From Patescibacteria group bacterium (lineage in GTDB: Bacteria > Patescibacteriota > Minisyncoccia > UBA6257 > GWB1-50-10): a DNA stretch of 64,000 nt. Where the stretch lies: positions 83,116 to 147,115 of the forward strand of contig JBFLWN010000002.1 in the NCBI GenBank assembly GCA_040757555.1. The letters are read 5' to 3'. Below are positions 8,181 to 18,204 of this stretch, piece by piece (position 1 is the stretch's first letter; the number at the start of each line of letters is the position of its first letter). Below the pieces are notes generated by a model. It saw nothing but the letters and a program-made list of their open reading frames with translations, did not search any database and had not been told where the DNA came from. A program made the translations under genes and the position numbers.

Positions 8181-9371
8181 TTAATAGTTGCACACATCAC
8201 ACATCCCACAGTTTTTATCAGGATATGCTTCGCCAAAATATGCGAGCAACATTTTTCTGCGGCAATCCCCCGACGTGCAAAATTCAACCATCTTATCCAG
8301 TTGATACTGCGCAACTGCCGCACGATGTTCATTCTTGCTTTGCCGAATGAAAAATTCATGCTTCATCTTATCTCCATATCCAAAAAACAACATACAATCG
8401 GACGGCAATCCGTCTCTTCCTGCGCGTCCTGTTTCCTGATAATACCCCTCAAGATTTTTTGGAATATCGTAATGAATAACAAAACGTACGTTCGGTTTAT
8501 CAATCCCCATTCCAAATGCAATGGTCGCAACGATAATTCGCAATTTCCCTTTCTGAAATTTCTCCTGATTTTCCGTGCGTTCTTTTTGCGGAAGTCCTGC
8601 ATGATAGGGCGCCGCTTCAATTCCATCCATCATTAAATCACTTGCCATACGTTCAACCGATTTTCTGCTGTGACAATAAATAATTCCTGAATAATCGGGA
8701 TGATCTTCCAAATACGCCTGAATATAATAATATGCATTATCTTTCGGACGGATAATATAATTAAGATTCTCTCTATTAAAACTCGCACGGTGTTCACCAT
8801 ACATTCCTTCTTTGAATTTTAACTGTAGTTTAATATCATCTCTCACCTTCCGTGTCGCAGTCGCAGTAAGTGCAACAATAGGCACTCCGGGAAACTTTTC
8901 ACGAAGCATGCCGAGCTTTCGATACTCGGGACGAAAGTCATGTCCCCATTCGGAAATACAATGCGCCTCATCAATTGCAATCAGAGAAATCCCGCAATCG
9001 AGAAGAAAATCTATGAATCCCTCTTTCACCAAACGTTCCGGCGCAACATACAACAATTTCACCCTTCCACTCAATACCTCATCTTTTATCTGTCTTGTCT
9101 CTTTTACCCCAAGACTACTGTTTAAATATGCCGCGGAAATATTTTTCCCCTCAAGTGAATTTACTTGATCCTTCATAAGTGAAATAAGCGGGGATACCAC
9201 AAGCGTCACCCCCGGAAATTCAAGCGCGGGAAGTTGATAACAGAGTGATTTCCCCGCACCGGTCGGAAGCACCGCAATCACATCTTTTTTCTGAAGAATA
9301 TCGGCGATAATATCCTCCTGATATGGAAGAAATGAATGGAACCCAAAGTGTTGTTTTAATAATCGTTTCAT
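8181..9371 (-). CDS. recQ: RecQ-family ATP-dependent DNA helicase, minimal form (396 aa)
   Basis: LPYQEDIIADILQKKDVIAVLPTGAGKSLCYQLPA, DEAH box (AIDEAHCISEWGHDFRPEY), and a C-terminal zinc-binding CxxxxC...CGMCDVC. Lacks HRDC and most of RQC. Confidence 0.85.
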   Translation of the reverse strand: MKRLLKQHFGFHSFLPYQEDIIADILQKKDVIAVLPTGAGKSLCYQLPALEFPGVTLVVSPLISLMKDQVNSLEGKNISAAYLNSSLGVKETRQIKDEVLSGRVKLLYVAPERLVKEGFIDFLLDCGISLIAIDEAHCISEWGHDFRPEYRKLGMLREKFPGVPIVALTATATRKVRDDIKLQLKFKEGMYGEHRASFNRENLNYIIRPKDNAYYYIQAYLEDHPDYSGIIYCHSRKSVERMASDLMMDGIEAAPYHAGLPQKERTENQEKFQKGKLRIIVATIAFGMGIDKPNVRFVIHYDIPKNLEGYYQETGRAGRDGLPSDCMLFFGYGDKMKHEFFIRQSKNEHRAAVAQYQLDKMVEFCTSGDCRRKMLLAYFGEAYPDKNCGMCDVCNY

Positions 9372-9373
9372 GT

Positions 9374-10372
9374 TTATAGGTAACTGTATTTTTTTAATAC
9401 ATCTTCCACTTCATCCGCGCTTCTTGTATTCATAAGTTTTGTTCGCAATTCTTTTGCATTATCAAAACCGGAAACATATGCTTTAAAATGCTTTTTCATA
9501 TTATCAAAGTTTTTGAGTGATGTAGAGCGATTGATGTTTGAATTTCCAAAATATTTCTCGAAAAGACGCGCATGTTCAAGCATCGCCGATAATCGTTTTC
9601 TCAAAATAATCTCTCTCTTATTTTTTGCAAAGAAAAATGGATTTCCGAATATTCCCCTTCCCACCATTATTCCCTCAACTCCCGATTCTTTTGCCTTTTC
9701 CAATCCATCTTCCATGCTCAAAACATCTCCGTTTCCGACGATAAAAGGTCTTTCTTTCTCATCAGAAAAATATCCATCACGTAAAGAAACCGCATCGGCG
9801 ATTCTATCCCAACACGCAGAAACTTTCGACATTTCCTTTCGTGTTCTTCCATGCACGGTGATAACTGCGGGCTCCATTTCAAAAATATACGGGAGCCAAT
9901 CTTCCATCGTATCTTTGTTATATCCAAGACGCGTTTTTACCGATACCGGCAATTTTCCCGCACCGCGTTTTGTTTCTTTGATAATTTCCTGTGCAAGCCT
10001 CGGATTTTTCATAAGTGCCGCACCCGCACCCTGTTTTTCCACTGCACGATCAGGACATCCCATATTGATATCAATACCGTCAAATCCAAGTTCCCCAGCG
10101 AGTAATGCACATTCATAAAAATGTTTTGGTGTCGCGCCAAAAAATTGTGCCACAATCGGTTTCTGTTTTTTTGTATATTTCAGATCAATGAGTAGTTTCT
10201 CTTTTCCGCGTGAACACAATCCATCACACGAAACAAACTCAGTCCAAAAAACATCCGGTTTTCCGTATTTTGTGATAATTTCACGAAATGCAATATCAGT
10301 CACATCCGCCATTGGTGCAATCGCAAAAAATGGCTTTTTTGATTTTTTCCAAAATCCAAATTCCATAAGCAC
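9374..10372 (-). CDS. dus: tRNA-dihydrouridine synthase
   Basis: FAIAPMADVTDIAFREI...GFDGIDINMGCPDRAV...GAGAALMKNP, a Dus family TIM-barrel signature. Confidence 0.85.
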   Translation of the reverse strand: MLMEFGFWKKSKKPFFAIAPMADVTDIAFREIITKYGKPDVFWTEFVSCDGLCSRGKEKLLIDLKYTKKQKPIVAQFFGATPKHFYECALLAGELGFDGIDINMGCPDRAVEKQGAGAALMKNPRLAQEIIKETKRGAGKLPVSVKTRLGYNKDTMEDWLPYIFEMEPAVITVHGRTRKEMSKVSACWDRIADAVSLRDGYFSDEKERPFIVGNGDVLSMEDGLEKAKESGVEGIMVGRGIFGNPFFFAKNKREIILRKRLSAMLEHARLFEKYFGNSNINRSTSLKNFDNMKKHFKAYVSGFDNAKELRTKLMNTRSADEVEDVLKKYSYL

Positions 10373-10482
10373 TCTCTATTTTATAGAGAATAATAACAAT
10401 AACAAGTAGAAATTGACACTTTATTAAATTAATGCTAGAATACAACCAGCAAATTAACTAACTTTCTATAAGGAGATGCACA

Positions 10483-11118
10483 ATGAAAAAGGGATTTTTA
10501 ATTCTTTTGGGAATTATTTTATTTATTCTTTTGTTCTGCTCACAAACACCCGGACAACAATGCAATGGAGCAAGTTGGAGTTTCCAAATGTCCCATTTCG
10601 ACAAAATGAACCATGATGGCATGGATTATAAAAAGGGTTATACATTATATTCTCATGCACGACAACGCTTTGGTAATGTTGGAGTACTACTGATGTTCAA
10701 TTCAATTTCTGATTCTTCATGGGCAGTAGGTGCCGGACTTTCTTATTACTCGAAAACAACAACAACTGATATCGCTGCCGGTCCAAAGTATTCAATAAAA
10801 AACGGGGAAGAAGGAAGGGTTGTTTTTTGGGTTAAGGTACGAGAATATATCGCATTAACAAAAAACATCGAAATAAGAACATTCCTAGATTTTGCTGAAG
10901 TGATAAGTGCTGATGGATATATTTTATATTACTTTGATGAAAATCAAGTATGGGCACTGGGAATAACCGGGCAAACAAAATTTGGAGTTGGTGTTATCGG
11001 TCAATTATCACTAACAAATAACTTCGATATTTCAGCACGATTAATGACCGCTGGAGAAAGAGATAAAAAAGACCGCATCATACCTACTGGAGAAATAATA
11101 TTCAGAGCTACATTTTAA
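10483..11118 (+). CDS. hypothetical secreted protein (signal peptide), 211 aa
   Basis: AGGAG RBS 7 nt upstream of ATG. N-terminus MKKGFLILLGIILFILLFCSQ is a signal peptide. No known motifs. Confidence 0.55.
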   Translation: MKKGFLILLGIILFILLFCSQTPGQQCNGASWSFQMSHFDKMNHDGMDYKKGYTLYSHARQRFGNVGVLLMFNSISDSSWAVGAGLSYYSKTTTTDIAAGPKYSIKNGEEGRVVFWVKVREYIALTKNIEIRTFLDFAEVISADGYILYYFDENQVWALGITGQTKFGVGVIGQLSLTNNFDISARLMTAGERDKKDRIIPTGEIIFRATF

Positions 11119-11122
11119 CTAC

Positions 11123-11157
11123 AAAAAAAGCGCAACAAAATTGTTGCGCTTTTTTAT
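11123..11157 (+). terminator. Rho-independent terminator (gcgcaacaaaattgttgcgc + T6)
   Basis: Perfect 8-bp stem with a 4-nt loop followed by tttttt. Near-identical in sequence to the terminator at 12621-12653. Confidence 0.7.
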
Positions 11158-11223
11158 TGACTAAATAATAATTTTATTTTATAGTGGACCGAGTAAATAA
11201 AAATATAAAAAAGGAGAAATGCA

Positions 11224-12621
11224 TTGAAAATAAGTATCATAGAAGCATCGTCTGGAAATAACCAGATCTTTGGTATTACGGATATGGAGCTTATTGGACC
11301 AATTTTAATTGGTACAGTACTTCGTAATGCCGGATACGATGTAAAAGTATTCAGAGAAACTTCGTCCGGCGGTGTTGATTGGGAATGGGTAATGAATTCC
11401 AACGTCGTTGGTATTTCTTGTATGACCCCATCGGCGTCTCGAGCATACGAAATTGGAGATATCATTAAATCAAAAGGAATTCCTGTAGTTATGGGAGGTA
11501 TACACCCCACACTTTGCCCCAATGAGTGTTTGGAACACTCGGATTTTGTTGTTCGCAACGAGGGCGAAGATACTGTCTTGGAAGTTCTCGAGTTTATAAG
11601 AAACATACCAAAAAATATTAACGAAATATTGGGTATTTCTTATAAAGACACAGAGGGTAATATACATCACAATCCAGACAGACCATTCATAAGGAATCTT
11701 GATGAATATCCGATACCTGACTTTTCATTGGTAAGTGGCATAAAGAAAAAAGGGATTATTGAAAAAACCCTATTTCTTCCGATAAAACCGATTTTTACCT
11801 CAAGGGGATGTCCTTACAAATGCACATTTTGTTCTGTACGAATCATGTTCGGAGGGAAATATAGGACAAAAAGTGTCGAGAGAATCATCAAAGAAATGCG
11901 TTACATGCGACAGTTCTCTAAAAATTTCTTTTTTGTCGATGACAATATTGGAGTCGATCAAAAAAGATTGAGGAATCTGTGTAATGCAATAATCGATAAT
12001 GGGCTAAACGATTGTGCGTGGAATGCGCAGGTAAGATTGGAAATTGCCAAAGACGAGAATCTACTGAAGCTCATGGCGCGGGCAGGATGTACACGGGTGC
12101 ATATTGGTTTCGAATCTGCAAGCGATACCTCACTTGAAGCGATGAAAAAAAATCAAACTGCAGGAGAAATGAAAAAAGCAATTGCAGCATTCCATAATGC
12201 AGGAATAAAGATTCATGGGATGTTTATTCTTGGATTTGATACCGATGATGTGTCTATTTTTGATAAAACTTTACATCATATCAGAAACATCAAGGTAGAT
12301 ACCGCACACTGTACCGCACTTACTATGTTCCCAGGAACCCCTGATTACAAAGAAATACAAAAACAAAATCGACTCATCCCAGGAATACAATGGAAAGACA
12401 TGAATATGTTCAACGTGACATTTCAGCCGGCGCAGATGACCCCTCGTGAACTACAAACAGGAATATTTGGTGTAATGAAAAAATTCTATAATTTCGGATA
12501 TCTCGTAAGAAACATAAGGAGAGAAGGATTTTTTGCATTGCAGGTATACCTTTATGTAAAACTCGCCTTGAAAAAGGCAAAATCACAACTTGATGAATTT
12601 CTTCAAAGATTTAATCTATAA
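11224..12621 (+). CDS. B12-binding-domain radical SAM protein (465 aa), TTG start
   Basis: AAGGAG at 11211-11216, then TTG at 11224. N-terminal cobalamin-binding-like domain and a CxxxCxxC radical SAM motif (SRGCPYKCTFCSV). Confidence 0.75.
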   Translation: MKISIIEASSGNNQIFGITDMELIGPILIGTVLRNAGYDVKVFRETSSGGVDWEWVMNSNVVGISCMTPSASRAYEIGDIIKSKGIPVVMGGIHPTLCPNECLEHSDFVVRNEGEDTVLEVLEFIRNIPKNINEILGISYKDTEGNIHHNPDRPFIRNLDEYPIPDFSLVSGIKKKGIIEKTLFLPIKPIFTSRGCPYKCTFCSVRIMFGGKYRTKSVERIIKEMRYMRQFSKNFFFVDDNIGVDQKRLRNLCNAIIDNGLNDCAWNAQVRLEIAKDENLLKLMARAGCTRVHIGFESASDTSLEAMKKNQTAGEMKKAIAAFHNAGIKIHGMFILGFDTDDVSIFDKTLHHIRNIKVDTAHCTALTMFPGTPDYKEIQKQNRLIPGIQWKDMNMFNVTFQPAQMTPRELQTGIFGVMKKFYNFGYLVRNIRREGFFALQVYLYVKLALKKAKSQLDEFLQRFNL

Positions 12622-12653
12622 AAAAAGTGCAACAAAATGGTTGCACTTTTTTC
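12621..12653. terminator. Bidirectional Rho-independent terminator (gtgcaacaaaatggttgcac)
   Basis: Hairpin flanked by an A-run upstream and a T-run downstream. Serves the radical SAM gene (+) and plausibly the MFS gene (-). Confidence 0.65.
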
Positions 12654-12707
12654 TTTGTGTGGAATACAAAAAAATGGAATCCTCTCAACTCTTTTTTTAA
12701 CACTAAA

Positions 12708-13919
12708 TTAATCTTCAACAACCCCAGTGTTTTTGTAAACACCTGCCCTATATCTACGCGCAATGTACAAATATAACGGGAAAAGTACTAAAAATAGAAT
12801 AACTCCTAAATATAGAAACCCGTACTGATAAGACACTTTCTCAATCATAAACCCAACTCCAAAACTTGAGATTGCAGCAACAATTTGATCAATTTGTGAA
12901 CCAGTTGATAATAATGTGGCCTTAAAATTACTTGATTTGATAATATCAAGTTGATAGCCTTCATCAACTTTATTTAGCCCCCACTGAAACGCATTTATAA
13001 CAATAAAAGTAAGTACTACTATCCACCAAGTTGATGTTATCCCTAAAATAAGAATCAAAAATGTATAAACAATAAATTGGAACTTATAAAAGGAAAGTAG
13101 TGTAACATATTTTTTAATTTTTCCACTATAAGCAAGTATAAGTGAAGCAAACGCTCTTCCTATACCAAAAAACACTCCATACCAAATTACAGGTATTTCA
13201 AGAAGTATCTGATATGGAGCACGGAACCCACCAATACTAAATAATGTTCCACTAATAATTCCAGAAAATAGAGCAATACTGAAGTAATTGAGATGATATC
13301 CTTCTTTTACTACTTGCTTAAAATTTGTTGCCCCAATTTCTTTAATATGCTCCTGTGGCACAGGTGGTATCACTAAAGAAATGGCCGCCAATAATCCTAC
13401 CAAATCAACTACAAGAGCTATAAGAAATGGAGTCTTATAACTCACACCTACCAAAAATGGTATTAATACCATAAATATAATAGGAACAGCAAAACCAATT
13501 GAACTAATCTTCCCCATCACTTTCGTGTAGTCTTTTTCTCTGTTGAGACCCCGTAAAGTCTCATGCATAAAAGCACTCCCCGTGCCACTATGAAAAGCCG
13601 AACTCATACTTAAAAAAATCGCCCCAAGTATTAAGAAAATGATATCATCTGCGACAAGAAAAAATATTGTCGATAATAACATCAAAACTCGAGATATAAT
13701 CAACGCGTATTTGTGTCCGATTTTATCGGAAGCATATCCACTGGGGATCTCAAAAATAAAACCAGAAATACTTCCCGCGAGAAGAATAACTCCAATTATT
13801 TTTGGCGTTACGTCTGGTATGGTTAAATAATAAGCTCCTAAAATTGCAACAAAAATTCTCTTATTGGCAATTAACAAGAGAGTATATTTCCAAATATTAC
13901 TTTGTAGTTTCTTCTGCAT
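12708..13919 (-). CDS. MFS-type transporter (about 403 aa)
   Basis: Around 12 hydrophobic segments. The ORF-track N-terminal extension (MVECDLPKVETRVRFPYPAQKFL) is read-through of tRNA-Gly, so the start was trimmed to MQKKLQSN at 13919. Confidence 0.7.
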   Translation of the reverse strand: MQKKLQSNIWKYTLLLIANKRIFVAILGAYYLTIPDVTPKIIGVILLAGSISGFIFEIPSGYASDKIGHKYALIISRVLMLLSTIFFLVADDIIFLILGAIFLSMSSAFHSGTGSAFMHETLRGLNREKDYTKVMGKISSIGFAVPIIFMVLIPFLVGVSYKTPFLIALVVDLVGLLAAISLVIPPVPQEHIKEIGATNFKQVVKEGYHLNYFSIALFSGIISGTLFSIGGFRAPYQILLEIPVIWYGVFFGIGRAFASLILAYSGKIKKYVTLLSFYKFQFIVYTFLILILGITSTWWIVVLTFIVINAFQWGLNKVDEGYQLDIIKSSNFKATLLSTGSQIDQIVAAISSFGVGFMIEKVSYQYGFLYLGVILFLVLFPLYLYIARRYRAGVYKNTGVVED

Positions 13920-13931
13920 GAGGAATTTTTG

Positions 13932-14002
13932 TGCGGGATACGGGAATCGAACCCGTGTCTCAACCTTGGGAAGGTCGCATTCTACCACTGAACCAATCCC
14001 GC
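13932..14002 (-). tRNA. tRNA-Gly (anticodon CCC)
   Basis: Minus-sense GCGGGATTGGTTCAGTGGTAGAATGCGACCTTCCCAAGGTTGAGACACGGGTTCGATTCCCGTATCCCGCA. Acceptor GCGGGAT/ATCCCGC, anticodon loop TTCCCAA, T-loop TTCGATT. Confidence 0.85.
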
Positions 14003-14007
14003 TTTTA

Positions 14008-14289
14008 TTATTGTGTACTTGTTGCTTTCGGAGGGATCACAATAATCATATTCTCCCCCTGTTTTTTATAATTCAACTGTGCACGTAATTCTTTTACTAA
14101 ATTTTCCGGATTTTTAAAATATTCGATTTTTTCGACCAATGATGCGTTTTCTTTTTTCAACGAATCCGCGGTTTCTTGAAGTTTCTTTACTTCTGCCGTA
14201 AATATTTCTCGTTCTGTTTTCAAACGATAAAAACCCCATACAAGGATACCAAATATAACTATAAAAAGAAGAATTTTGAGAATTTTCAT
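14008..14289 (-). CDS. FtsB/DivIC-like septum formation initiator (N-terminal TM + coiled coil)
   Basis: MKILKILLFIVIFGILVWGFY is a TM segment, followed by a coiled coil (EVKKLQETADSLKKENASLVEKIEYFK). ATG at 14289 has a GGAGAGG RBS. The track start at 14298 is a TTG upstream. Confidence 0.55.
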   Translation of the reverse strand: MKILKILLFIVIFGILVWGFYRLKTEREIFTAEVKKLQETADSLKKENASLVEKIEYFKNPENLVKELRAQLNYKKQGENMIIVIPPKATSTQ

Positions 14290-14330
14290 ATAGCACAAGA
14301 GTTATCCTCTCCGCATCTGATTATATAACA

Positions 14331-14366
14331 AACCCCGACCATTTATAAATAGTCGGGGTTGTTTTG
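14331..14366 (-). terminator. Hairpin downstream of fusA (aaccccgac...gtcggggtt)
   Basis: 9-bp stem immediately after the fusA stop. The T-run is weak. Confidence 0.4.
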
Positions 14367-14381
14367 GAAATTATTTAGTGT

Positions 14382-16493
14382 TTATTTCTTTTTTCCTTCA
14401 ATAATAAGCTGAGCGACATTTCCCGGAACTTCTGCATAATGGCTGAATTCCATAGTAAATGATCCCCTTCCCTGTGTCATTGAACGAAGTTTTGTCACAT
14501 ATCCAAACATTTCAGAAAGCGGTACCTCAGCATCCACCAGACGAGCAGTGCCACGTTCTCCCATTTCATTAATCTTTGCACGCTTTGAACTTAAATCACC
14601 AGTGATGTCGCCCAAGAATTCTCCCGGAGCAATTGTCTGTATTTTCATGATTGGTTCAAGTAATACCAACTTACCGAGTTTTGCGGCTTCCTGGAATGCC
14701 ATTGCACCTGCGATTTGGAAAGCGATTTCGGATGAGTCAACTTCATGGAACGATCCATCATAGAGTGTTACCTTCACATCAGTTACCGGATATCCCGCAA
14801 GCACACCTTTCGTGATTGCTTCTTTCACTCCCTTCTCGATAGGAGCGATAAATTCCTGAGGAATGACCCCCCCTTTAATTGCATCAACAAATTCAAATCC
14901 TTTTCCACGTTCCAATGGTTCAACCTCCAATCGCACATGACCATATTGACCGCGTCCTCCTGACTGACGAATATATTTTCCCTCTCCCTTTGCCTGATTT
15001 TTGATTGTTTCTTTATATGCAACCTGCGGACGACCCACATTCGATTCCACACTGAATTCTCGCTTCATGCGTTCAACAAGTACTTCCAAGTGAAGTTCAC
15101 CCATACCTTCGATAATTGTTTCTCCGGAATCATTTCCACTCACACGGAATGTCGGATCTTCATCCGCAAGACGGCGAAGTGCAAGACCCATTTTTTCCTG
15201 GTCGGCTTTTGTTTTTGGTTCAATACGAATTGAAATAACCGGTTCTGGAAATGTAATTTTTTCGAGAATAATTGGAGTTTCCGGATCGGACAATGAATCT
15301 CCTGTTCCCGTATTTTTTAACCCAACAAGAGCTCCCAAATCTCCCGCATAAATTTCTTCAACCTCTTCTCGATGATTCGCGTGCATACGAACAATACGTC
15401 CCACACGTTCCTGTGTATTTTTCGATGAATTCAAAATATAACTTCCCCGTTTTAATATTCCTGAATATACCCTGAAGAATGAAAGAGTTCCCACAAAAGG
15501 ATCCGCTGCAATCTTGAATGCGAGTGCGGAAAGTGGAGCATCATCTTTTGCAACAATTTCTACTTCTTCGTGTTTTTGATTTAATCCTTTTACCGGAGGT
15601 TTATCGAGAGGTGATGGAAGGTACTCGATGACTGCATCAAGCACAAGCTGCACTCCCTTGTTTTTGAGTGCTGAACCCGCAAGTACAGGAACTAATTTCC
15701 CCGCAAGCGTAGCGGCACGAAGTGCTTTTTTTAATGTGGGAACAGAAATTTCTTTTCCTTCCAAATATTCACTGATTAATTGATCATCGGTTTCCGCTAT
15801 TTTTTCAACAAGCTCGTGGCGCTTTTTCTCCACAAGTTCTTTCATATCTTCCGGCACATCTCCCGATACTATTTTTTCTCCACGTTCACCCTCAAATCGA
15901 TACGCCTTTTTATCAAATAAATTCACAATACCCGAAAATGCATCTTCAGTCCCAATAGGAAGTTGAATTGCAACTGCGTTTGGAGTGAGTCGGTCAATAA
16001 TGGAAGCAAAACTCCTTTCGAAACTTGCACCCATACGATCGAGTTTATTAATAAAACAAAGACGCGGAACATTGTATTCATCAGCATAACGCCAATTTGT
16101 TTCCGATTGAGGTTCAACCCCGGCCACTCCGTCAAACACCACTACTGCGCCATCGAGAACACGAAGCGATCGTTTCACTTCAACGGTGAAATCAATATGC
16201 CCTGGAGTATCAATAAGATTGATACGATATTCGTTTTTCTTTGCATCTGGCGAATTATGATCAATATATGTGGGGGTCCAAAAACAAGTAGTTGCTGCGG
16301 AAGTGATTGTAATTCCACGCTCACGCTCCTGATCCATCCAATCCATTACGGCCTCCCCTTCATGGACTTCTCCGATTTTATGCGAAACCCCGGTATAAAA
16401 AAGAACACGCTCTGAAACGGTGGTTTTCCCCGCATCAATATGAGCGATAATTCCGATATCACGAACTCGTTCCATTGGGTATTGTCTAGGCAT
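14382..16493 (-). CDS. fusA: elongation factor G
   Basis: [14 protein letters not shown]1 motif and full-length EF-G (703 aa). Downstream of rpsL-rpsG. Confidence 0.95.
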   Translation of the reverse strand: MPRQYPMERVRDIGIIAHIDAGKTTVSERVLFYTGVSHKIGEVHEGEAVMDWMDQERERGITITSAATTCFWTPTYIDHNSPDAKKNEYRINLIDTPGHIDFTVEVKRSLRVLDGAVVVFDGVAGVEPQSETNWRYADEYNVPRLCFINKLDRMGASFERSFASIIDRLTPNAVAIQLPIGTEDAFSGIVNLFDKKAYRFEGERGEKIVSGDVPEDMKELVEKKRHELVEKIAETDDQLISEYLEGKEISVPTLKKALRAATLAGKLVPVLAGSALKNKGVQLVLDAVIEYLPSPLDKPPVKGLNQKHEEVEIVAKDDAPLSALAFKIAADPFVGTLSFFRVYSGILKRGSYILNSSKNTQERVGRIVRMHANHREEVEEIYAGDLGALVGLKNTGTGDSLSDPETPIILEKITFPEPVISIRIEPKTKADQEKMGLALRRLADEDPTFRVSGNDSGETIIEGMGELHLEVLVERMKREFSVESNVGRPQVAYKETIKNQAKGEGKYIRQSGGRGQYGHVRLEVEPLERGKGFEFVDAIKGGVIPQEFIAPIEKGVKEAITKGVLAGYPVTDVKVTLYDGSFHEVDSSEIAFQIAGAMAFQEAAKLGKLVLLEPIMKIQTIAPGEFLGDITGDLSSKRAKINEMGERGTARLVDAEVPLSEMFGYVTKLRSMTQGRGSFTMEFSHYAEVPGNVAQLIIEGKKK

Positions 16494-16569
16494 AAAATTT
16501 TTATTTAATTATTTTTTATAAATATATACCAAAATAAATTTCGCATTTTCATACGAAATCTATCCGCTT

Positions 16570-17040
16570 CTATCTCACGTAACTTGCAAACGCGCGATTC
16601 GCTTCTGCCATTCGATGCATGTCCTGTTTCTTCTTAATTGCGGTGCCCTCATTTTTTGACGCCAAAATCAATTCTTCGGCAAGACGCTTCGCCATTGGAG
16701 ATCCTTTCTTCTTTTTTGCAGTATCAATAATCCAATGTGATGCAAGGAAAAACTTTCTTTCCGGTCTTACTTCACGGGGAACTTGATAGTTTGCACCTCC
16801 CACACGCTTTGAAACTACTTCAAGAAGCGGTGATGCATTCACAATTGCTTTTTCAAAAATTTCTACCGGATCACCCTTAGTAATATTTTTTACTTCATCG
16901 AGTGCACGATAAAATACTCTTTCCGCAGTCGATTTTTCTCCTCCTACCATGATGTAGTTAATAAAACGAGCCATATCGATGCGCTCATGCACCGAATCCC
17001 CCACTATTTCATTTTTTTTAAAACTTGATCTTTTTCTCAT
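16570..17040 (-). CDS. rpsG: 30S ribosomal protein S7
   Basis: S7-like sequence (GGEKSTAERVFYRALDEV...) in the str operon position. Confidence 0.9.
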   Translation of the reverse strand: MRKRSSFKKNEIVGDSVHERIDMARFINYIMVGGEKSTAERVFYRALDEVKNITKGDPVEIFEKAIVNASPLLEVVSKRVGGANYQVPREVRPERKFFLASHWIIDTAKKKKGSPMAKRLAEELILASKNEGTAIKKKQDMHRMAEANRAFASYVR

Positions 17041-17055
17041 ATTGAATAGATGATG

Positions 17056-17469
17056 TTAGCTCTTTGCTCTTTTTGCTCCATATTTTGATCGCTGTTGTTT
17101 TCGCGCATTTACTCCCTGGGTATCGAGTACGCCACGAACAATATGGTAGCGAACTCCCGGAAGGTCTTTTACACGTCCACCACGAATCATTACCACAGAG
17201 TGTTCCTGAAGATTATGTCCTTCTCCCGGAATGTATGCGGTTACTTCCATGCCATTAGTAAGACGAACCCTCGCCACCTTTCGAAGTGCTGAGTTCGGTT
17301 TCTTTGGAGTAGTAGTGAATACCTTCAAACACACCCCTCGCTTAAACGGCGAAGATGAATCAACCGGCTTATTTAATAAGTAATTAAAATAGGTGCCAAG
17401 AGCTGGAACCTTTTTCTTCTTGAGGATTCTTTTCCTTCCACTTTTGATTAATTGAGATACGGTAGGCAT
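17056..17469 (-). CDS. rpsL: 30S ribosomal protein S12
   Basis: [59 protein letters not shown]. The start was trimmed to [13 protein letters not shown]. Confidence 0.92.
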   Translation of the reverse strand: MPTVSQLIKSGRKRILKKKKVPALGTYFNYLLNKPVDSSSPFKRGVCLKVFTTTPKKPNSALRKVARVRLTNGMEVTAYIPGEGHNLQEHSVVMIRGGRVKDLPGVRYHIVRGVLDTQGVNARKQQRSKYGAKRAKS

Positions 17470-17540
17470 AAAAACACTACTGCAAGTGCAGCAGGTATAA
17501 GAATAAGGCAAAACCACTGATTTTGTCAACACGTGATGGG

Positions 17541-18164
17541 TTAAAACCCTATAAAAAGACGATATAAAAAGCGGACAACCGGAGAAAGAAACTCAACTCC
17601 CAAAAATATAAAAATCATCAATACAAAGAATCCATATCGCTCGAATGCGTCAGCGAGATGCTCATATTTTTTTGGAATAAACGCAAAGAGTATTTTTGAT
17701 CCATCAAGTGGCGGAATCGGCACCAAATTAAAAATAGCCAACATAATATTAATCATCACTATAGAGGCAAAAAGCGGTTCAAGAGTGAGCAGTGCCCCAC
17801 TCACACTTGGCACATACATAAAAAGACGATAAAAAATAGCAAATATAAATGCGACGATAAGATTACTTGCGGGACCAGCGGCGGCAATAAGCGCCCCCCC
17901 TTTTTTTGGATCTTTTAGGTTAAGTGGGTTATAGGGAACCGGTTTTGCCCACCCCAAAATAATTCCACCGGGAATGAGGGACATAAGAAGAGGAAGAATA
18001 ATTGAACCAAATGGATCAATGTGTTTTATCGGATTTAATGTAAGTCTCCCTAAATTGCGAGCAGTGGGATCCCCCAATTCTTCAGCAATATATCCATGTG
18101 ATACCTCGTGTATGACCACCGAAAATATAAGAACAATAATTTGAAACAAAATGATAAATTCCAT
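17541..18164 (-). CDS. M50-family (site-2 protease-like) zinc metalloprotease, 207 aa
   Basis: HEVSHGY HExxH motif within a TM helix; polytopic membrane protein. Confidence 0.7.
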   Translation of the reverse strand: MEFIILFQIIVLIFSVVIHEVSHGYIAEELGDPTARNLGRLTLNPIKHIDPFGSIILPLLMSLIPGGIILGWAKPVPYNPLNLKDPKKGGALIAAAGPASNLIVAFIFAIFYRLFMYVPSVSGALLTLEPLFASIVMINIMLAIFNLVPIPPLDGSKILFAFIPKKYEHLADAFERYGFFVLMIFIFLGVEFLSPVVRFLYRLFIGF

Positions 18165-18204
18165 GATAGGGACATTATATAGGAAAATTATTCCTCATGC
18201 TATA

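Noticed and set aside
9513-10118. 201-aa plus-strand ORF antisense to dus
   Set aside because: Shadow ORF of a gene with a strong Dus signature on the other strand; low-complexity Ser/Phe-rich translation.
11154-11606. 150-aa minus-strand ORF overlapping the start of the radical SAM gene
   Set aside because: Overlaps the AAGGAG-TTG start region and the 5' coding part of a motif-supported plus-strand gene; most likely spurious.
15963-16415. 150-aa plus-strand ORF inside fusA; similar internal or antisense ORFs inside rpoC (28995-29453), the oxidoreductase (53977-54462), the P-type ATPase (56448-56909) and the bactofilin-like gene (49888-50343)
   Set aside because: All are antisense or alternative-frame ORFs inside strongly supported genes.
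17470-17532. N-terminal extensions in the ORF track for rpsL ([21 protein letters not shown]), scpA (45037-45171) and ychF (46484-46531)
   Set aside because: The extensions are unconserved and Cys/hydrophobic-rich, and they precede the canonical conserved N-termini ([13 protein letters not shown]; MDAVYELKLETYKGP; MKLSIGIVGLPNVGKST). The shorter starts were adopted.
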